DNA of 64,000 bases from Ascidiella aspersa (taxonomy: Eukaryota), in contig OZ004613.1 of assembly GCA_963924565.1 (NCBI GenBank), positions 21,142,001 to 21,206,000 of the forward strand, read 5' to 3'. The notes under the pieces were generated by a model that was given only the letters and a program-made list of their open reading frames with translations, did not search any database and had not been told where the DNA came from. Shown here piece by piece: positions 52,301 through 61,752 of this stretch; within the stretch, counting starts at the first letter, position 1; the number at the start of each line of letters is the position of its first letter. The translations under genes were made by a program, and so were the position numbers.

Positions 52301-55300
52301 CTACCCGGGTCCGGGACCCTCGAGGAACGTAGAATGGTACGAGAAGGTGGTGAACATGACGACCGAAGAGAACGCCAACCAACACTGCTGCCCGCTGGTG
52401 AAGATCGTCTGTGACGAGACCACGCTACCCCTTTGTCCCGGCTTCAACACGACATGTAGTGTTGACCAGACTAAGGTCGAGCTGAACAGCACGCACGTGT
52501 GTTGCCCGCAGTACGAGTGCCGTTGCCGCGAGTGCTGCGTGGCGCCACCTATCGACCCCTCCCAGGTGTCAGAATGCGAAGAGATTGCATTGGTCCCGAT
52601 CGACAGGAACCCAAACTACGTCTGCTGTCCACAGGAGGAGGTTGTGTGCAGGTCAGATCAAAGCTGTTGCTCTGTGCCGGAATGCCCTACTCACCAGACT
52701 CCCCAAGTGACCAGCGAAATGGACCCCGCCAAGCACTACTGCTGCCCGTTATACGAGTGTGTGTGCAGCGGCTGGTGCGATGCGGGCTACCAGAGCTACG
52801 AGCTGCTCGAGACGCTACTGACACCCGGCCAGGAGCTGGTTTTACACAACGCGGACGACTGCTGTCCAATCTACAGGGTGGTGTGCGCTCCGACTGCTGA
52901 AAACCGTAGCGATTGTGATACTTATAACATCCAGTGTGACAGTCCTTTCGTGCTGCAGCGAAACCTGACTGATTACGGCTGCTGCGGCGTATATCGCTGT
53001 GCGTGTGACGAACAGCTGTGTCCGCCCAAACCAGATTGCGAAGCCCCTAAGGCTCTGAAAGCGCTGGGCTTTGTGGCAGAAGGCTGCTGTCGCCAATACG
53101 GGTGCGAGTGTCCATCCGACAGCAACGTGACATGCATCGGCAGCGAGATCGTAGCCTTTACGGACACGGTCTGCCCAAGAAAGTATTGCCGATGCCCTGA
53201 TTCTCGCGAGTGCCCGGTAAACGCGGCCATTAACTGTACAGCGAAACCGGGATGCAGGGCGACAGTCACACAGCGCGATTCTTGCGGCTGCGTGGTGAGC
53301 GCTTCGTGCTCGCAGGACGAGGCCCTCTGCCCGCCCTTGCCCGAGTGCGGCGATTGCTTTGAGCTGGAACAGCTGCCGGCGCCGCTCAACGTTGGCGACT
53401 GCAACGCGACCTGTTTTAGCTACACTTGTACACGGAAGCTCTGTCCGGCGTCGCAGGTGGTCGAGACGTGCGCCTTGGAGCAGGTGGTGACAGTCAACAG
53501 CGACGATTGGTGCTGCCCCCACGACGAAGTGGTCTGCCTGCCGGGCAGCTGTCCGGAGGTTGAGTGCGGGGCTAACTTCGTGAAAGTAGTTCACGAGGAA
53601 ACAATCGACGCGTCGCACAACTGTACCGGCAACCTGAGCTGCTGTCGACTGGAGGACTGTCTGTGCGACGTCTGCCACCACAACGGCTCTGTTTTCCCGC
53701 TGCACGACACATGGCTGGATGAGTTCGACTTCTGTTTGCGCCACCGCTGCACTGAACAGCGTGGCAGCGACGGCTGCTACACCGTAAACCAGGTTCTGCC
53801 CTACTGCATCTACAACAACGACTCTTACCCAGTGGGTGCCACCATTAACACGCACAACCCGTGCATACGGATGCGCTGCATCGAGCGCGATCACGGCAGC
53901 GGCGTGTGCACGCACGACTTCACCATGGAGTACACTATTTGCCCGGCTCCTCCAGTCTGCGCGTCCTTCTACGTTCCAACCGCTGATTTCGCCCCAACGC
54001 ACTGCTGCGCCAACTACACGTGCGAGTGCGCCAACTGCGGCTTCGGTTACTTGGGCCCGGATACGCTGCGCGTGCTCGAGTGGTACGAGAAGACGCAAAA
54101 CTTCACGCTGCAGGAAAACCCGAATCAGATCTGCTGCCCTCGGCTGCACATTGTCTGCGATGAGTCGGTGCTCGGTCTCTGTCCAGAGGCCGACTTGGTG
54201 TGCGGCTACGGAAAGACTAGAGTCGAGAGCTCGGGCAACCACCCATGCTGTCCAGACGTTTCGTGCGTGTGCGATGAATGTCGCGCCTTCACCAATCCGA
54301 CCCCGGGCGACCTCCACACGTGCGAGAAGATCGTGGGCAAGACAACTGAGGAGAACCCGAACAACGAGTGCTGTCCTGAGTCGAAGATCGTTTGCGAGGA
54401 GGAGGCGTTTTGTTGCCAGGTGCCCGCTTGTGATGAACACGAGGAGCCAGTAAAGACCGGAGCGTTGGACCCGGACACCAACGGATGCTGTCCTCTGTGA
54501 GTTTTATGTTTTTCTTAAAAGAAGCAACTTTTTTTCAAGGCTAAATGGTTGTTTCTTTTTAATTTTTCTACGTGTTAGTGAATGTAACAAATGCTGCAAT
54601 GATCAGGACTTGAATTAAGTCGCTGATTTAAAATTTATTCAATAACCTCAAAGACTTTAATCTATGGTATTTATGCTAATGACCTGAACCAAATTTGTGT
54701 TTTACTTTCACTTGCATACGTTTTAGTTCAGTTGAGGTGGATAAAGTCGGTGTTCAAATACAAATATGTTAGCTTACAGTTTTGTTGTTGGCGTTAGCTG
54801 TACAATACGTAGCCTGGGACGACTTTACGAACTTTATAAAGCAACTTTTTTTGAAATACTAATGATTTGACATCTATTTATTTCGATATAACGATGGCTT
54901 CAACTGGAACCTAACGTGTTCTTTATCAAAAAGGCTCGACTCGATTAACAAAATATTTAAAAATAACACAGAAAAAATTAATTACTGGATAGAAAAAAAA
55001 GAAGTAAAACCACTGCAAAATTTGTTAGTTATGCATTACTGATTGTGCAAAACAATATGACCAACTTTCTGTGTCTAATTTTTTATTAGTACTGTTTAAT
55101 ATAAACTAGATAATCTTAAGTTATATATCAATTTGTATTTTGCCAGGTACGAATGTCAATGCAAGGGAGTGCAAGTACTGGACCACGAGTGCGAGTTTAC
55201 CAACTTCACTTGTCCACTAGGATTTTCCAAGCAGCGCAACAACTCTTGGGACGAGTGTTGTGCAACTTACTACTGTAGATGTGAACAGTGCGCATTGAGA

Positions 55301-58300
55301 GACATTGTTTATCCGGTGGGTCTAAAACAAAAACATTGACAGCAAACACCCAACAGTCAAGGTCTAGAGTCTAGACCAGCGGTTCCCAAACTTTTCTTAA
55401 ATTTTTGCCTGGTGGACACGTTGCAATTATTTTGATATTTCGCGACCCCCCAAAAAATTCAAGGGTCAGTTGACCCATATTTCTTGTGGTACACTAGTGC
55501 AGTGTTTAAAACATTCGCTAAAGCCTAATGTTGAAAAACTTACCACTAAAATTCTCCTTGTGGACCCTCTGAAACTGTTGTACGGACCTTAAGTTAGTCC
55601 GCGGACCCAAGTTTGGTAACAGCTGGTCTAGGCTCTTAGGTGTGAATATTCGAAACCAGGGCTTTCCAGACGTTAGAGTTTGCGACCCCGCTAAACTCCT
55701 TTTTGCGCGACCCTTTACGCTGAACATTAAATAACTGATAATTTTGCTTTTTGTTTTGGCGCCCTTAGTAATGTACAACTCAGTAAGGGTTGTATTGTGC
55801 AGTCGTTTGTAAAGAGTAGTAAGCAAATAAAAAATGTTTTTTAATTTTTAAATTAAAATAATCCATGGGTCACATTTAGGCCGTGGACCTGGATTTGGAC
55901 GACCCTTAAGCAGGTTGTTGAACAGAAAGGGTTTAAATGTATTTGCCTATTAATACATACAGCATGCAGATGTGGGCTTTTCGTTGGTATTTAGTGAAAC
56001 CTTTCTATTCAGATAGGATAATCAGGTTGCAATATATAAAGCCAAATTGTAATAAATTCTCGACAAGCTTCATTAGGTCAGAGTAAAAAAATAACTTTCT
56101 ATTAAAGGTCGGTTCCAGTTGGATAGACATCAACGACCATTGTCTGGTGAAGGAATGCATGCAAATTGGAATAAGCTGTCCGTACATCAATACTAACAGC
56201 AAATACGAGTGCGACATAGTCAATAAAACCGACTGCATCAACGTCAGTATCACATTTTCTATTTTTCTTCGAAATTTTATTAACGCATAGTTGTTAATAC
56301 AACGTTTAGTCGAAACATAGCTAGCTATACCTTTTAGCAATAACCACGTACTTTACCTACTCTCGTTTTTAAGCTTGTTTAGAAACGAATACAACATTTC
56401 GATAAAGTTTACATTGCCTATTTAAAAATCATAAACTACCGATTATCATAATATACGCTTTAAATTGAAATTACTTTGTAGGCCGGGGGACAACTTGTGC
56501 CAACAACCGACACCGAAGGCTGCTGCAAAGAATGTAAGAATTGTTTTAGTACACTTTTATATATATATTGAAAACTAACGGATCCGATACTGAAGGCTTT
56601 ATCAGTGTACACAAATTTATAGCACATAGACTTACACAAGAAAACAAAACAATGTTTTTGAAACAGAAACAGCATCAGTAAACTAAACATCATCGCCAAA
56701 CACTCACAAGTAACTCACAATTTAAGCCTCCTACCGCGACAAGGTAGTAACACTAACTGCCGTAAGAACAATTACAATGTCAAGGCACCATGTGCTCAGT
56801 GACCTTTGACCGCAAGTAACAGAATGCTTACACAATTAAATGGGTCATAAAGCACTTAACATCATAATGCGCTTTAGTAAATTCACTGTTAATCTTAACA
56901 TATATCATATAGATTATATCATAGAACAAGGGCTAAAAAGTTAGACTACGTGCCCAACGTGAGACAATTATGATTTAAGCCGGTGTTTCCCAACCTTTTT
57001 CACATTAGTGCCCCCTTAAGCTTAATATTATTTTATATCGCTCCCCTCATTTTGCTCTTCAGCAAAGTGACATATTAATCGTTTGCTAACATCATATTGT
57101 CTACACTTTTGTTTCGATAAGCTGTCCGCAATATTTTAGGTTGTCTAACATACATCCACTATGGAAATTTATAGATACATTATTTTACCAGGTCATGCCA
57201 TTCATAGAAAAAAAAATCAACTTTCTGCACCAGACTTTAAATCAGGGGTATGCAATTATTTCTAGTCGCGAGCGCCAACCAAACTAAAAAAGGTCTCTGC
57301 GGGACGCACAAAATGTTAAACTAAGAATTGTGTTATTAAAATATTAGAACAACTGGGAATCACGCGGGCCTCGGATTTTTTTCATCCATACTAATACTGA
57401 AAAGTGTAATAAAGCTAGATTGTTTTTAAGTCCGGGCGCACCTGGCGAGCGAAGCGAGCGCGAATTTTGGGGGGTATACCGGCATTTTCTTTCAAAATTT
57501 TTTTTCTTTTCAAATTTTTTTTTTTTTTGTCGTATATAATTTTTGAATACGTTTTCCGTTCGTCCGCGACTCACTTGGCAGCCTTCCACTGCGCAATGGT
57601 AAAGAAGCGCTGATCTAGTCCAAAGACAGAATTAAAACGTAAACAAACTAGACGTAGAAAGATCATTCGCGAGAAGCGCGAACATTTTTTGCCCGTACTA
57701 GGTTAAAATTGTCAAAAAGTATTTGAAATGGACTCGTGTCTAGTTTTCAAAAAAGCTTCGGCCCATGGGCCGTATGTTGGCGAGCCCTGCTTTAAATATA
57801 CAAACATTTTTCCGCGCATAAAACGGTGAAACGCAACAGCTACCAACAACTTTACATAAGAAAGCTAATTATTACGTAACATTAGTCGGGAAACTACTAC
57901 AAGTTCGCAGTACGGAAGTTGCCATTTAAGGTTAAATGTTTCATACAGTATTACAGTGCTGTTTCTTACTATTTTTATGTGAACTTTTATAAATTTTTGC
58001 CATAAGTACTTTCCTGTAACGCCCCCTGATGTGCGTTCGGCGACCCCCAAATGAGACAAAGACCCAAAACGCCCCCTTGTAACTCGCCAACGCCCACAAG
58101 GGGCGGTACCGCCCACGTTGGGAACCTCTGATTTAAGCAAAACACATTGTGGGGTTCTTCAACTTAGTAGCTGTACGGCTGCACCGAAATTACAAAAAAA
58201 CATCATTAATTGCGTTATCTTGGTAACACGTTGCATAGGTGTTACTTCAAGCCATATTGCAAAGCAGGACTGGGGAATCGGTTGAAAATTACCCGAGTCC

Positions 58301-60167
58301 GACTCTGGCTCCGACTATACGGCCTGCATTTCACCCATCTATACGTAACTAAAATAAGGTGGATATTCATAAATCCACTAATACGCCTTATTCATCCAGC
58401 CACAATACATGGTTGGAAAATAATACACCTTTTGCTATTAGACTTTTACAAATGACGATTTTCTAAACGTTTGTACCTGGGTCTTTAATTAAATCTGCGC
58501 AGTGACAAAGCCACTCTGTAATAATAACGTTATTACGGTTGGCACAATTAAAACAACCGCCGTAACAATGATAAATTAATGACGATTCTTAAAGTAATTG
58601 TATACTGTGTGTGTTAGTGTTCACATGTACAATGTACATTTGCAGCAGTTGACACAACCGTCACCAAATAATAGCTTGGATTCAAATACCTTTAAAAAGA
58701 ACAGCAATTTAACTTGACACGGTATAAGTTTAAATTAAAGATTAAATTACTTCTGTAAACTGAAGGCATCGATTATACAGCATTAGCGGTTCAAAAACGT
58801 GAAAATACTTCTTTATGCGATATTTACGTTATCACGGTTTTTATTTTTTTATTTTAGTGGTATACTGATAAAACGTATTGAAATGCATGTAAAAAAAAAC
58901 TCTATGTATGGAACAAATGCATTGATAAGGTATTTTTTCTTGCAACATTTACACGCTACACTACATGTCAAAACGTTGTTGAAGCCCAACTGATTTTTTT
59001 TTGTTATTGTGATAATCTTGTATGTTTTGGTTGGAACTGGATCGGGTGGAAACCGAATAAATTTATGTCGCATTGTTTAGGTAAGATGTGCATAGCGACT
59101 GAGCATCGTGAAATAGTGACTATTTACAACTCCACTACCGGCGTAAATTGCTCGTCGACAGATGAACTTGACCTGCCAATATGCGACGGCGCTTGCACCA
59201 CAACCTCGGAATACAATGTGTACGTTTTTACCGACAGGCATTATATACTAACCATAAGCAATTTTGGTTTCCAATACAATATGTTATTTATTTGTCTTTA
59301 AAAGAGGGCTAATTACGTTTAATCTTTCAAAAAGTTAAAATTGCACATTAGTGTGCGTACATCATTGGTGGAAACAAATGTCACATAATTTTTACCGACA
59401 ATGCGAAATACAAGATAACACTTGGTTTAAACTTCGGAATTGGCCATCACAGCGATTTGTTAAGCTTTTTCCCAAATTCTTTCCTGATAAACCAAAATAC
59501 ACTGCCAATTCCTCCCCAGCAAAATTAACGAAATATTCACATAGTTCTAATTCGACGTGTACTTCTGATAGAAAAACAAAATGAACACCTTTAGTGGTGC
59601 TAAATGATCCATAACGCCTCCTTTCCTTGTTACTTTTGCCATTTTCTGTTTATTTTATCTTCTTTTACATCTTTTCACTGATGATGGCATAAGGAACAGC
59701 AAAATGTCATCCATCAAATATTTTTTGATTGAGTACTAAATATTAACAGTTATATAATTAATATGTAGTTTGGGACACATAAGGTAATTTTGGCCTTCGA
59801 TTTGATGTTAATGTGAAAAATGCCTATATATTTCTAAAGATATTGCATTAGTTTCAAGCATACTGATCGTGTCTGTGTTTCAAGAATCTCGCTTTGGTAA
59901 ACTTTGGTAAACAAAACCTTAGGTTAAAGACACGCCCTTTCCCGCCTGTCTTATAATAATCTTTTGCATGGCATTCCTTTTACTTTTTTTCTCTGCTCCC
60001 TCAGAAATACGGGCGACTACGATTCGGTTTGTCGGTGCTGTAAAGCGCACACGGTTGATCCCCGGACTGCTACGCTCCAGTGCACGGACGGATCGACGCA
60101 TTCTCTCGCCTACGACTTTGTGGTGGAGTGCTCGTGCCACGAGACCGAATGCACGCCGATTCCTTGA
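1240..60167 (+). CDS. Giant gel-forming mucin / von Willebrand factor-like secreted protein (5'-partial, ~90 exons, at least ~8,300 aa; 8 VWD domains, short PTS tract, C-terminal cystine knot)
   Basis: Hand-built GT-AG exon chain with matching phases: 1240-1335, 1413-1585, 1811-1959, 2304-2512, 2627-2754, 2816-3032, 3274-3393, 4447-4558, 5323-5578, 6008-6077, 6317-6439, 7259-7435, 8210-8431, 8937-9083, 9770-9860, 10708-10895, 12099-12225, 12678-12816, 13598-13702, 14655-14843, 15195-15440, 16271-16427, 16905-17070, 17478-17590, 17822-18276, 19084-19297, 20356-20490, 21706-21863, 22445-22603, 23381-23570, 23976-24098, ~25331-25507 (acceptor uncertain), 26012-26119, 26851-26888, 27143-27317; five 10-exon cassettes 27526-54496; then 55147-55315, 56108-56242, 56482-56533, 59081-59219, 60005-60167 (TGA). 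VWD motifs (TFDG...C.Y, GLCGNFNG), C8, TIL and CTCK motifs are visible. No start codon or signal-peptide exon was found in the window. Confidence 0.9.
1413..4558 (+). CDS. D1 assembly exons (VWD1-C8-TIL-E)
   Basis: CSMFGAGTVITFDGHIYDFPGSCQY; KTAGLCGNFNGISSDD; C8 CHSVLNPSKYYDLCKTELCRC...WRLENQC; TIL CPAKHNWLECG...CQCPYG; E module CPCIHRDHEYRPG. Confidence 0.9.
5323..9860 (+). CDS. D2 assembly exons (VWD2-C8-TIL-E)
   Basis: CPGTAHVFGFAHFKTFDDRFYTFDGACKY; KLRGLAGNYNGNAADDF...FGNSWK; C8 CHNDVNPEPYYHNCMYEFCEC; TIL CEGGQIYQSCGSGCGHDC...CVEGCNCPDG. Confidence 0.9.
6980..7185 (-). mobile_element. Inverted partial copy of the MITE at 15787-16138
   Basis: Its reverse complement matches ~15870-16090 (gatgacgtcat.aaattt..gtcac.atacaaat, tgaaagtgaaa, ggctttc.tggac.ccctaaa). 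Confidence 0.6.
9216..9554. mobile_element. MITE with 13-bp TIRs and apparent 5-bp TSD
   Basis: cagcgttgcctca ... tgtggcaacgctg, flanked by ttata on both sides. Confidence 0.65.
10149..10641. mobile_element. hAT-like MITE with a tandemly amplified 3' end
   Basis: Ends cagtgtttctca ... tgagaacactg; agctaagg occurs at 10140-10147 and 10642-10649 (left copy offset by 1 nt). Confidence 0.7.
10414..10641. repeat. 26-bp minisatellite cacccctgttgagaaccactacgcgt, 8 full copies plus 1 partial
   Basis: Unit starts at 10414, 10440 ... 10622; contiguous with no spacers. Confidence 0.95.
10708..17590 (+). CDS. D' and D3 assembly exons (TIL'-E'-VWD3-C8-TIL)
   Basis: CPDGQVYHNC...ECAKTC; CSVSGESHFRSYDYKWFDFAGNCEYILTTDEC; KVCGLCGNYDGDENNDF; DSCGCDAGGDCECFC; CPTMCELYNKNDTCEWHYEVCG. 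These match the MUC2/MUC5/VWF D3 consensus. Confidence 0.92.
11584..11657 (-). pseudogene. tRNA-like element (tRNA pseudogene or tRNA-derived SINE head)
   Basis: Minus strand GCCTGCCTAGCCCAGTTGATAGAGC...GTCGTGGTTTCGAAACTCGCTGCAGGC (74 nt). It has a GCCTGC/GCAGGC acceptor stem, A-box-like and B-box-like motifs, degenerate anticodon and T arms, and a T5 run just downstream. Confidence 0.65.
13004..13381. mobile_element. hAT-like MITE
   Basis: TIRs tagagatagaccgatat / atatcggttgatctcta; perfect 8-bp TSD atcctttg; subterminal ccgata/tatcgg repeats. Confidence 0.85.
15787..16138. mobile_element. hAT-like MITE
   Basis: TIRs caggggttcttaa / ttaagaacctctg; degenerate TSD caatgggt / taataggt. Confidence 0.7.
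17822..18276 (+). CDS. PTS (mucin) exon, Thr-rich
   Basis: Phase-1 entry from 17590 gives TATSVATTRVTTA(TTTQAP)n...FSAVLPQCNNYCVDDEGVHIP, ending at a gtgcgt donor. Confidence 0.85.
17863..18201 (+). repeat. 18-bp coding tandem repeat ACCACCACYCAAGCWCCA, ~19 copies, encoding TTTQAP
   Basis: 18 full units 17863-18186 plus a partial TTTQA. The visible variation is at synonymous third positions in the TTTQAP frame. Confidence 0.95.
19084..27317 (+). CDS. Ten exons of Cys-rich VWC-like / CCPxYxCxC modules between PTS and the first D4
   Basis: DPDVCCDELEC, YGCCPDYEC, NSCCPMYECRC, DPNVCCPEFECRC, DGCCPNYDC, KPCCYEYDC, VCCDVYEC, ECCGDIYTC. Includes a 38-nt micro-exon at 26851-26888. Confidence 0.8.
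19354..19582. mobile_element. hAT-like MITE
   Basis: TIRs cagggccgtattaa / ttaatctggccctg; degenerate TSD gcggtgtc / gtggtttc. A similar end (ttaatccggccctg) occurs near 684-697. Confidence 0.65.
20613..20910. mobile_element. hAT-like MITE (related decayed copy at ~23000-23335)
   Basis: Ends caggg / ccctg; TSD-like gtctagat / gtctggtt; internal cgcgggccggataac and atattcc.cgggccgg motifs shared with 23050-23280. Confidence 0.6.
22719..22933 (+). mobile_element. Internally deleted Tc1/mariner-superfamily element with transposase remnant
   Basis: ~30-bp TIRs (ccaaaagtaggcttacggttat / ataactgcaagcctacttttgg), TA flanks, and internal translation RSPDLTPMDSFFVGVVKNKVYEKKPKTI, the SPDL.P.D catalytic motif region. 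Confidence 0.85.
26478..26763. mobile_element. hAT-like MITE
   Basis: TIRs cagtgcttctcaacct / aggttaagaagcactg; perfect 8-bp TSD gcttaact; cgaccca subterminal repeats. Confidence 0.88.
27464..27488. repeat. (TG)n microsatellite
   Basis: About 12 TG units in the intron just before the cassette array. Confidence 0.9.
27526..31866 (+). repeat. Coding cassette copy 1 (10 exons, 2733 nt, 911 aa: D4-type VWD-C8-TIL plus Cys-rich modules)
   Basis: Exons 27526-27624, 27695-27789, 27995-28150, 28319-28559, 29104-29328, 29468-29668, 29808-29902, 30075-30171, 30275-30379, 30448-31866. Motifs CKCSGLG...FTGNCTYLLTK and SGLCGNCNG. Confidence 0.93.
31950..36249 (+). repeat. Coding cassette copy 2
   Basis: Near-identical exons and introns to copy 1; offset 4424 nt; last exon 34831-36249. 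Confidence 0.93.
36333..40663 (+). repeat. Coding cassette copy 3
   Basis: Near-identical; offset 4383 nt from copy 2; last exon 39245-40663. Confidence 0.93.
40747..45077 (+). repeat. Coding cassette copy 4
   Basis: Near-identical; offset 4414 nt; last exon 43659-45077. Confidence 0.93.
45161..49400 (+). repeat. Coding cassette copy 5 (runs on into the giant exon)
   Basis: Offset 4414 nt. Similarity to copies 1-4 ends at ...CQCPNC (~49400), after which the frame continues GEEYVSK without a splice donor. Confidence 0.93.
48073..54496 (+). CDS. Giant 6,424-nt Cys-rich exon (~2,140 aa)
   Basis: Contains the 2128-aa ORF 48114-54500. Acceptor tccgtag at 48072; donor CT/gtgagt at 54497 is in phase with the 55147 exon (CCPL|YECQC). 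Confidence 0.92.
55147..60167 (+). CDS. Terminal exons: VWC-like module and C-terminal cystine knot (CTCK)
   Basis: YPVGSSWIDINDHCLVKEC...GCCKEC; then KMC...VNCSS...ICDGACTTTSEY...VCRCCK...LQCTDGS...VECSCHETEC, stop TGA at 60165-60167. Shows the CxGxC, CxCC and CxC pattern of mucin/VWF cystine knots. Confidence 0.9.
55377..55625. mobile_element. hAT-like MITE
   Basis: TIRs cagcggttcccaaact / agtttggtaacagctg; TSD gtctagac / gtctaggc. Confidence 0.8.
56981..58130. mobile_element. hAT-like MITE (outer element of a nested pair)
   Basis: Ends cggtgtttcccaac / gttgggaacctctg; perfect TSD atttaagc. Confidence 0.78.
57243..57789. mobile_element. hAT-like MITE nested inside 56981-58130
   Basis: Ends caggg / ccctg; perfect TSD ctttaaat. 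Confidence 0.75.
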
Positions 60168-60341
60168 GCGAGCGAGAACTTTGTTTCAGTGCACGTGTCG
60201 GTGCTATTCGTGCGGTACTATATACTCTGGTGCTTAACCATGGTTACAACGGGACAAAATTCCTTCGCCTTACCTCCTCCCCCCTTTCTCTATTCAAGCC
60301 GTTGTAAGTATTTTCCCATATTTCTAACTCCTTTGGAATTT

Positions 60342-61050
60342 TGTGTGTGTGTGTGTGTGTGTGCCTGTGTGTGTGCCTGTGTGTGTGCCTGTGTGTGTGC
60401 GTGTGTGTGTGCGTGAGTGTGCCTGTGAGTGTGCCTGCGAGTGTGCCTGTGANNNNNNNNNNNNNNNNNNNNNNNNNNNNNNNNNNNNNNNNNNNNNNNN
60501 NNNNNNNNNNNNNNNNNNNNNNNNNNNNNNNNNNNNNNNNNNNNNNNNNNNNNNNNNNNNNNNNNNNNNNNNNNNNNNNNNNNNNNNNNNNNNNNNNNNN
60601 NNNNNNNNNNNNNNNNNNNNNNNNNNNNNNNNNNNNNNNNNNNNNNNNNNNNNNNNNNNNNNNNNNNNNNNNNNNNNNNNNNNNNNNNNNNNNNNNNNNN
60701 NNNNNNNNNNNNNNNNNNNNNNNNNNNNNNNNNNNNNNNNNNNNNNNNNNNNNNNNNNNNNNNNNNNNNNNNNNNNNNNNNNNNNNNNNNNNNNNNNNNN
60801 NNNNNNNNNNNNNNNNNNNNNNNNNNNNNNNNNNNNNNNNNNNNNNNNNNNNNNNNNNNNNNNNNNNNNNNNNNNNNNNNNNNNNNNNNNNNNNNNNNCT
60901 GTGAGTGTGCCTGTCTGTGTGTCTGTGAGTGTGCCTGTGTGTGTACCTATGTGTGTGCTTGTGAGTGTGCCTGTGTGTGTACCTATGTGTGTGCTTGTGA
61001 GTGTGCCTGGGTGTGTGTGTGTATAAAACTCTCTGTTTGTGTGTGTGAGT
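60342..61050. repeat. TG-rich degenerate microsatellite spanning an assembly gap (N 60453-60898)
   Basis: gtgtgtgcct/gtgagtgtgcct units on both sides of 446 N. Confidence 0.9.
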
Positions 61051-61752
61051 GATTTTGTCCGGTGTTCCCCACCCCTTCCCAACTGTATTGCCGATCCACA
61101 AGAGATCTTACCCGAAGGAATTACTTGCCCCGTTGTACCTTTGTTATATTTATGTTATCTCTAAGTTTGCCGTTTGTCACAGCTTCGGTTGTGACATACT
61201 GATATAAAGGATTGTCGCCAAACAACCATCAAGGCCTTATCGGAGTGTTGTCACCACTGAAACTAACGACCCTACCGTGATGCTTGTATGTGTTGAAAAA
61301 AATAAACTTACCAAAGTTTTTGATTTACTGTTTTTGTTTTCAGCATCGACAAATAATCTGTTTAGTATTCTAACACGTTCAACTGAATATATTGCTGATA
61401 AACATGATTATTTTCTATTCCAAACACACTTACAGTATATGGTGAAAACAATTGCCTATTAGAAATCATTCCAAACACTCCTGACCAAATTAGTCGTATT
61501 TTGTATCTGTTATCCAGGATTAGAAAAATCATTCCAAACAAGCAAAATTAAAGATGAAAAATGGATAATATGCAATTTTGTAAAATTGCCAAAACGTTTT
61601 ACTCCTGACAAAATTAGTCGTGTTTTGTATCTGTAATCCAATCCAGGAATTCTGTGTGTATAAAACTTTTGCCATATTAGTCAGTGTTTTTTGTCTTAAT
61701 GTCCTGGCGAAAATCTACTGGGGGGGGAGGGGTTACAAATTTCTGCTGCTCT

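Noticed and set aside
52842-54440. 532-aa antisense ORF (and 49698-50494 antisense ORFs)
   Set aside because: Shadow ORFs opposite a GC3-rich coding exon, with no recognisable motif.
1240-60167. Calling the gene VWF, SSPO, hemolectin or a specific MUC
   Set aside because: I saw no VWA, LDLa, TSP1 or discoidin domains and no long PTS region. Orthology needs a phylogeny, so no symbol is given.
60244-61101. His/Thr- or Cys/Val-rich ORFs
   Set aside because: Translations of a TG microsatellite and an N gap.
61459-61648. Short direct repeats between the two genes (also small duplications at ~143-188 and ~11850-11946)
   Set aside because: Ordinary local duplications with no evidence of function.
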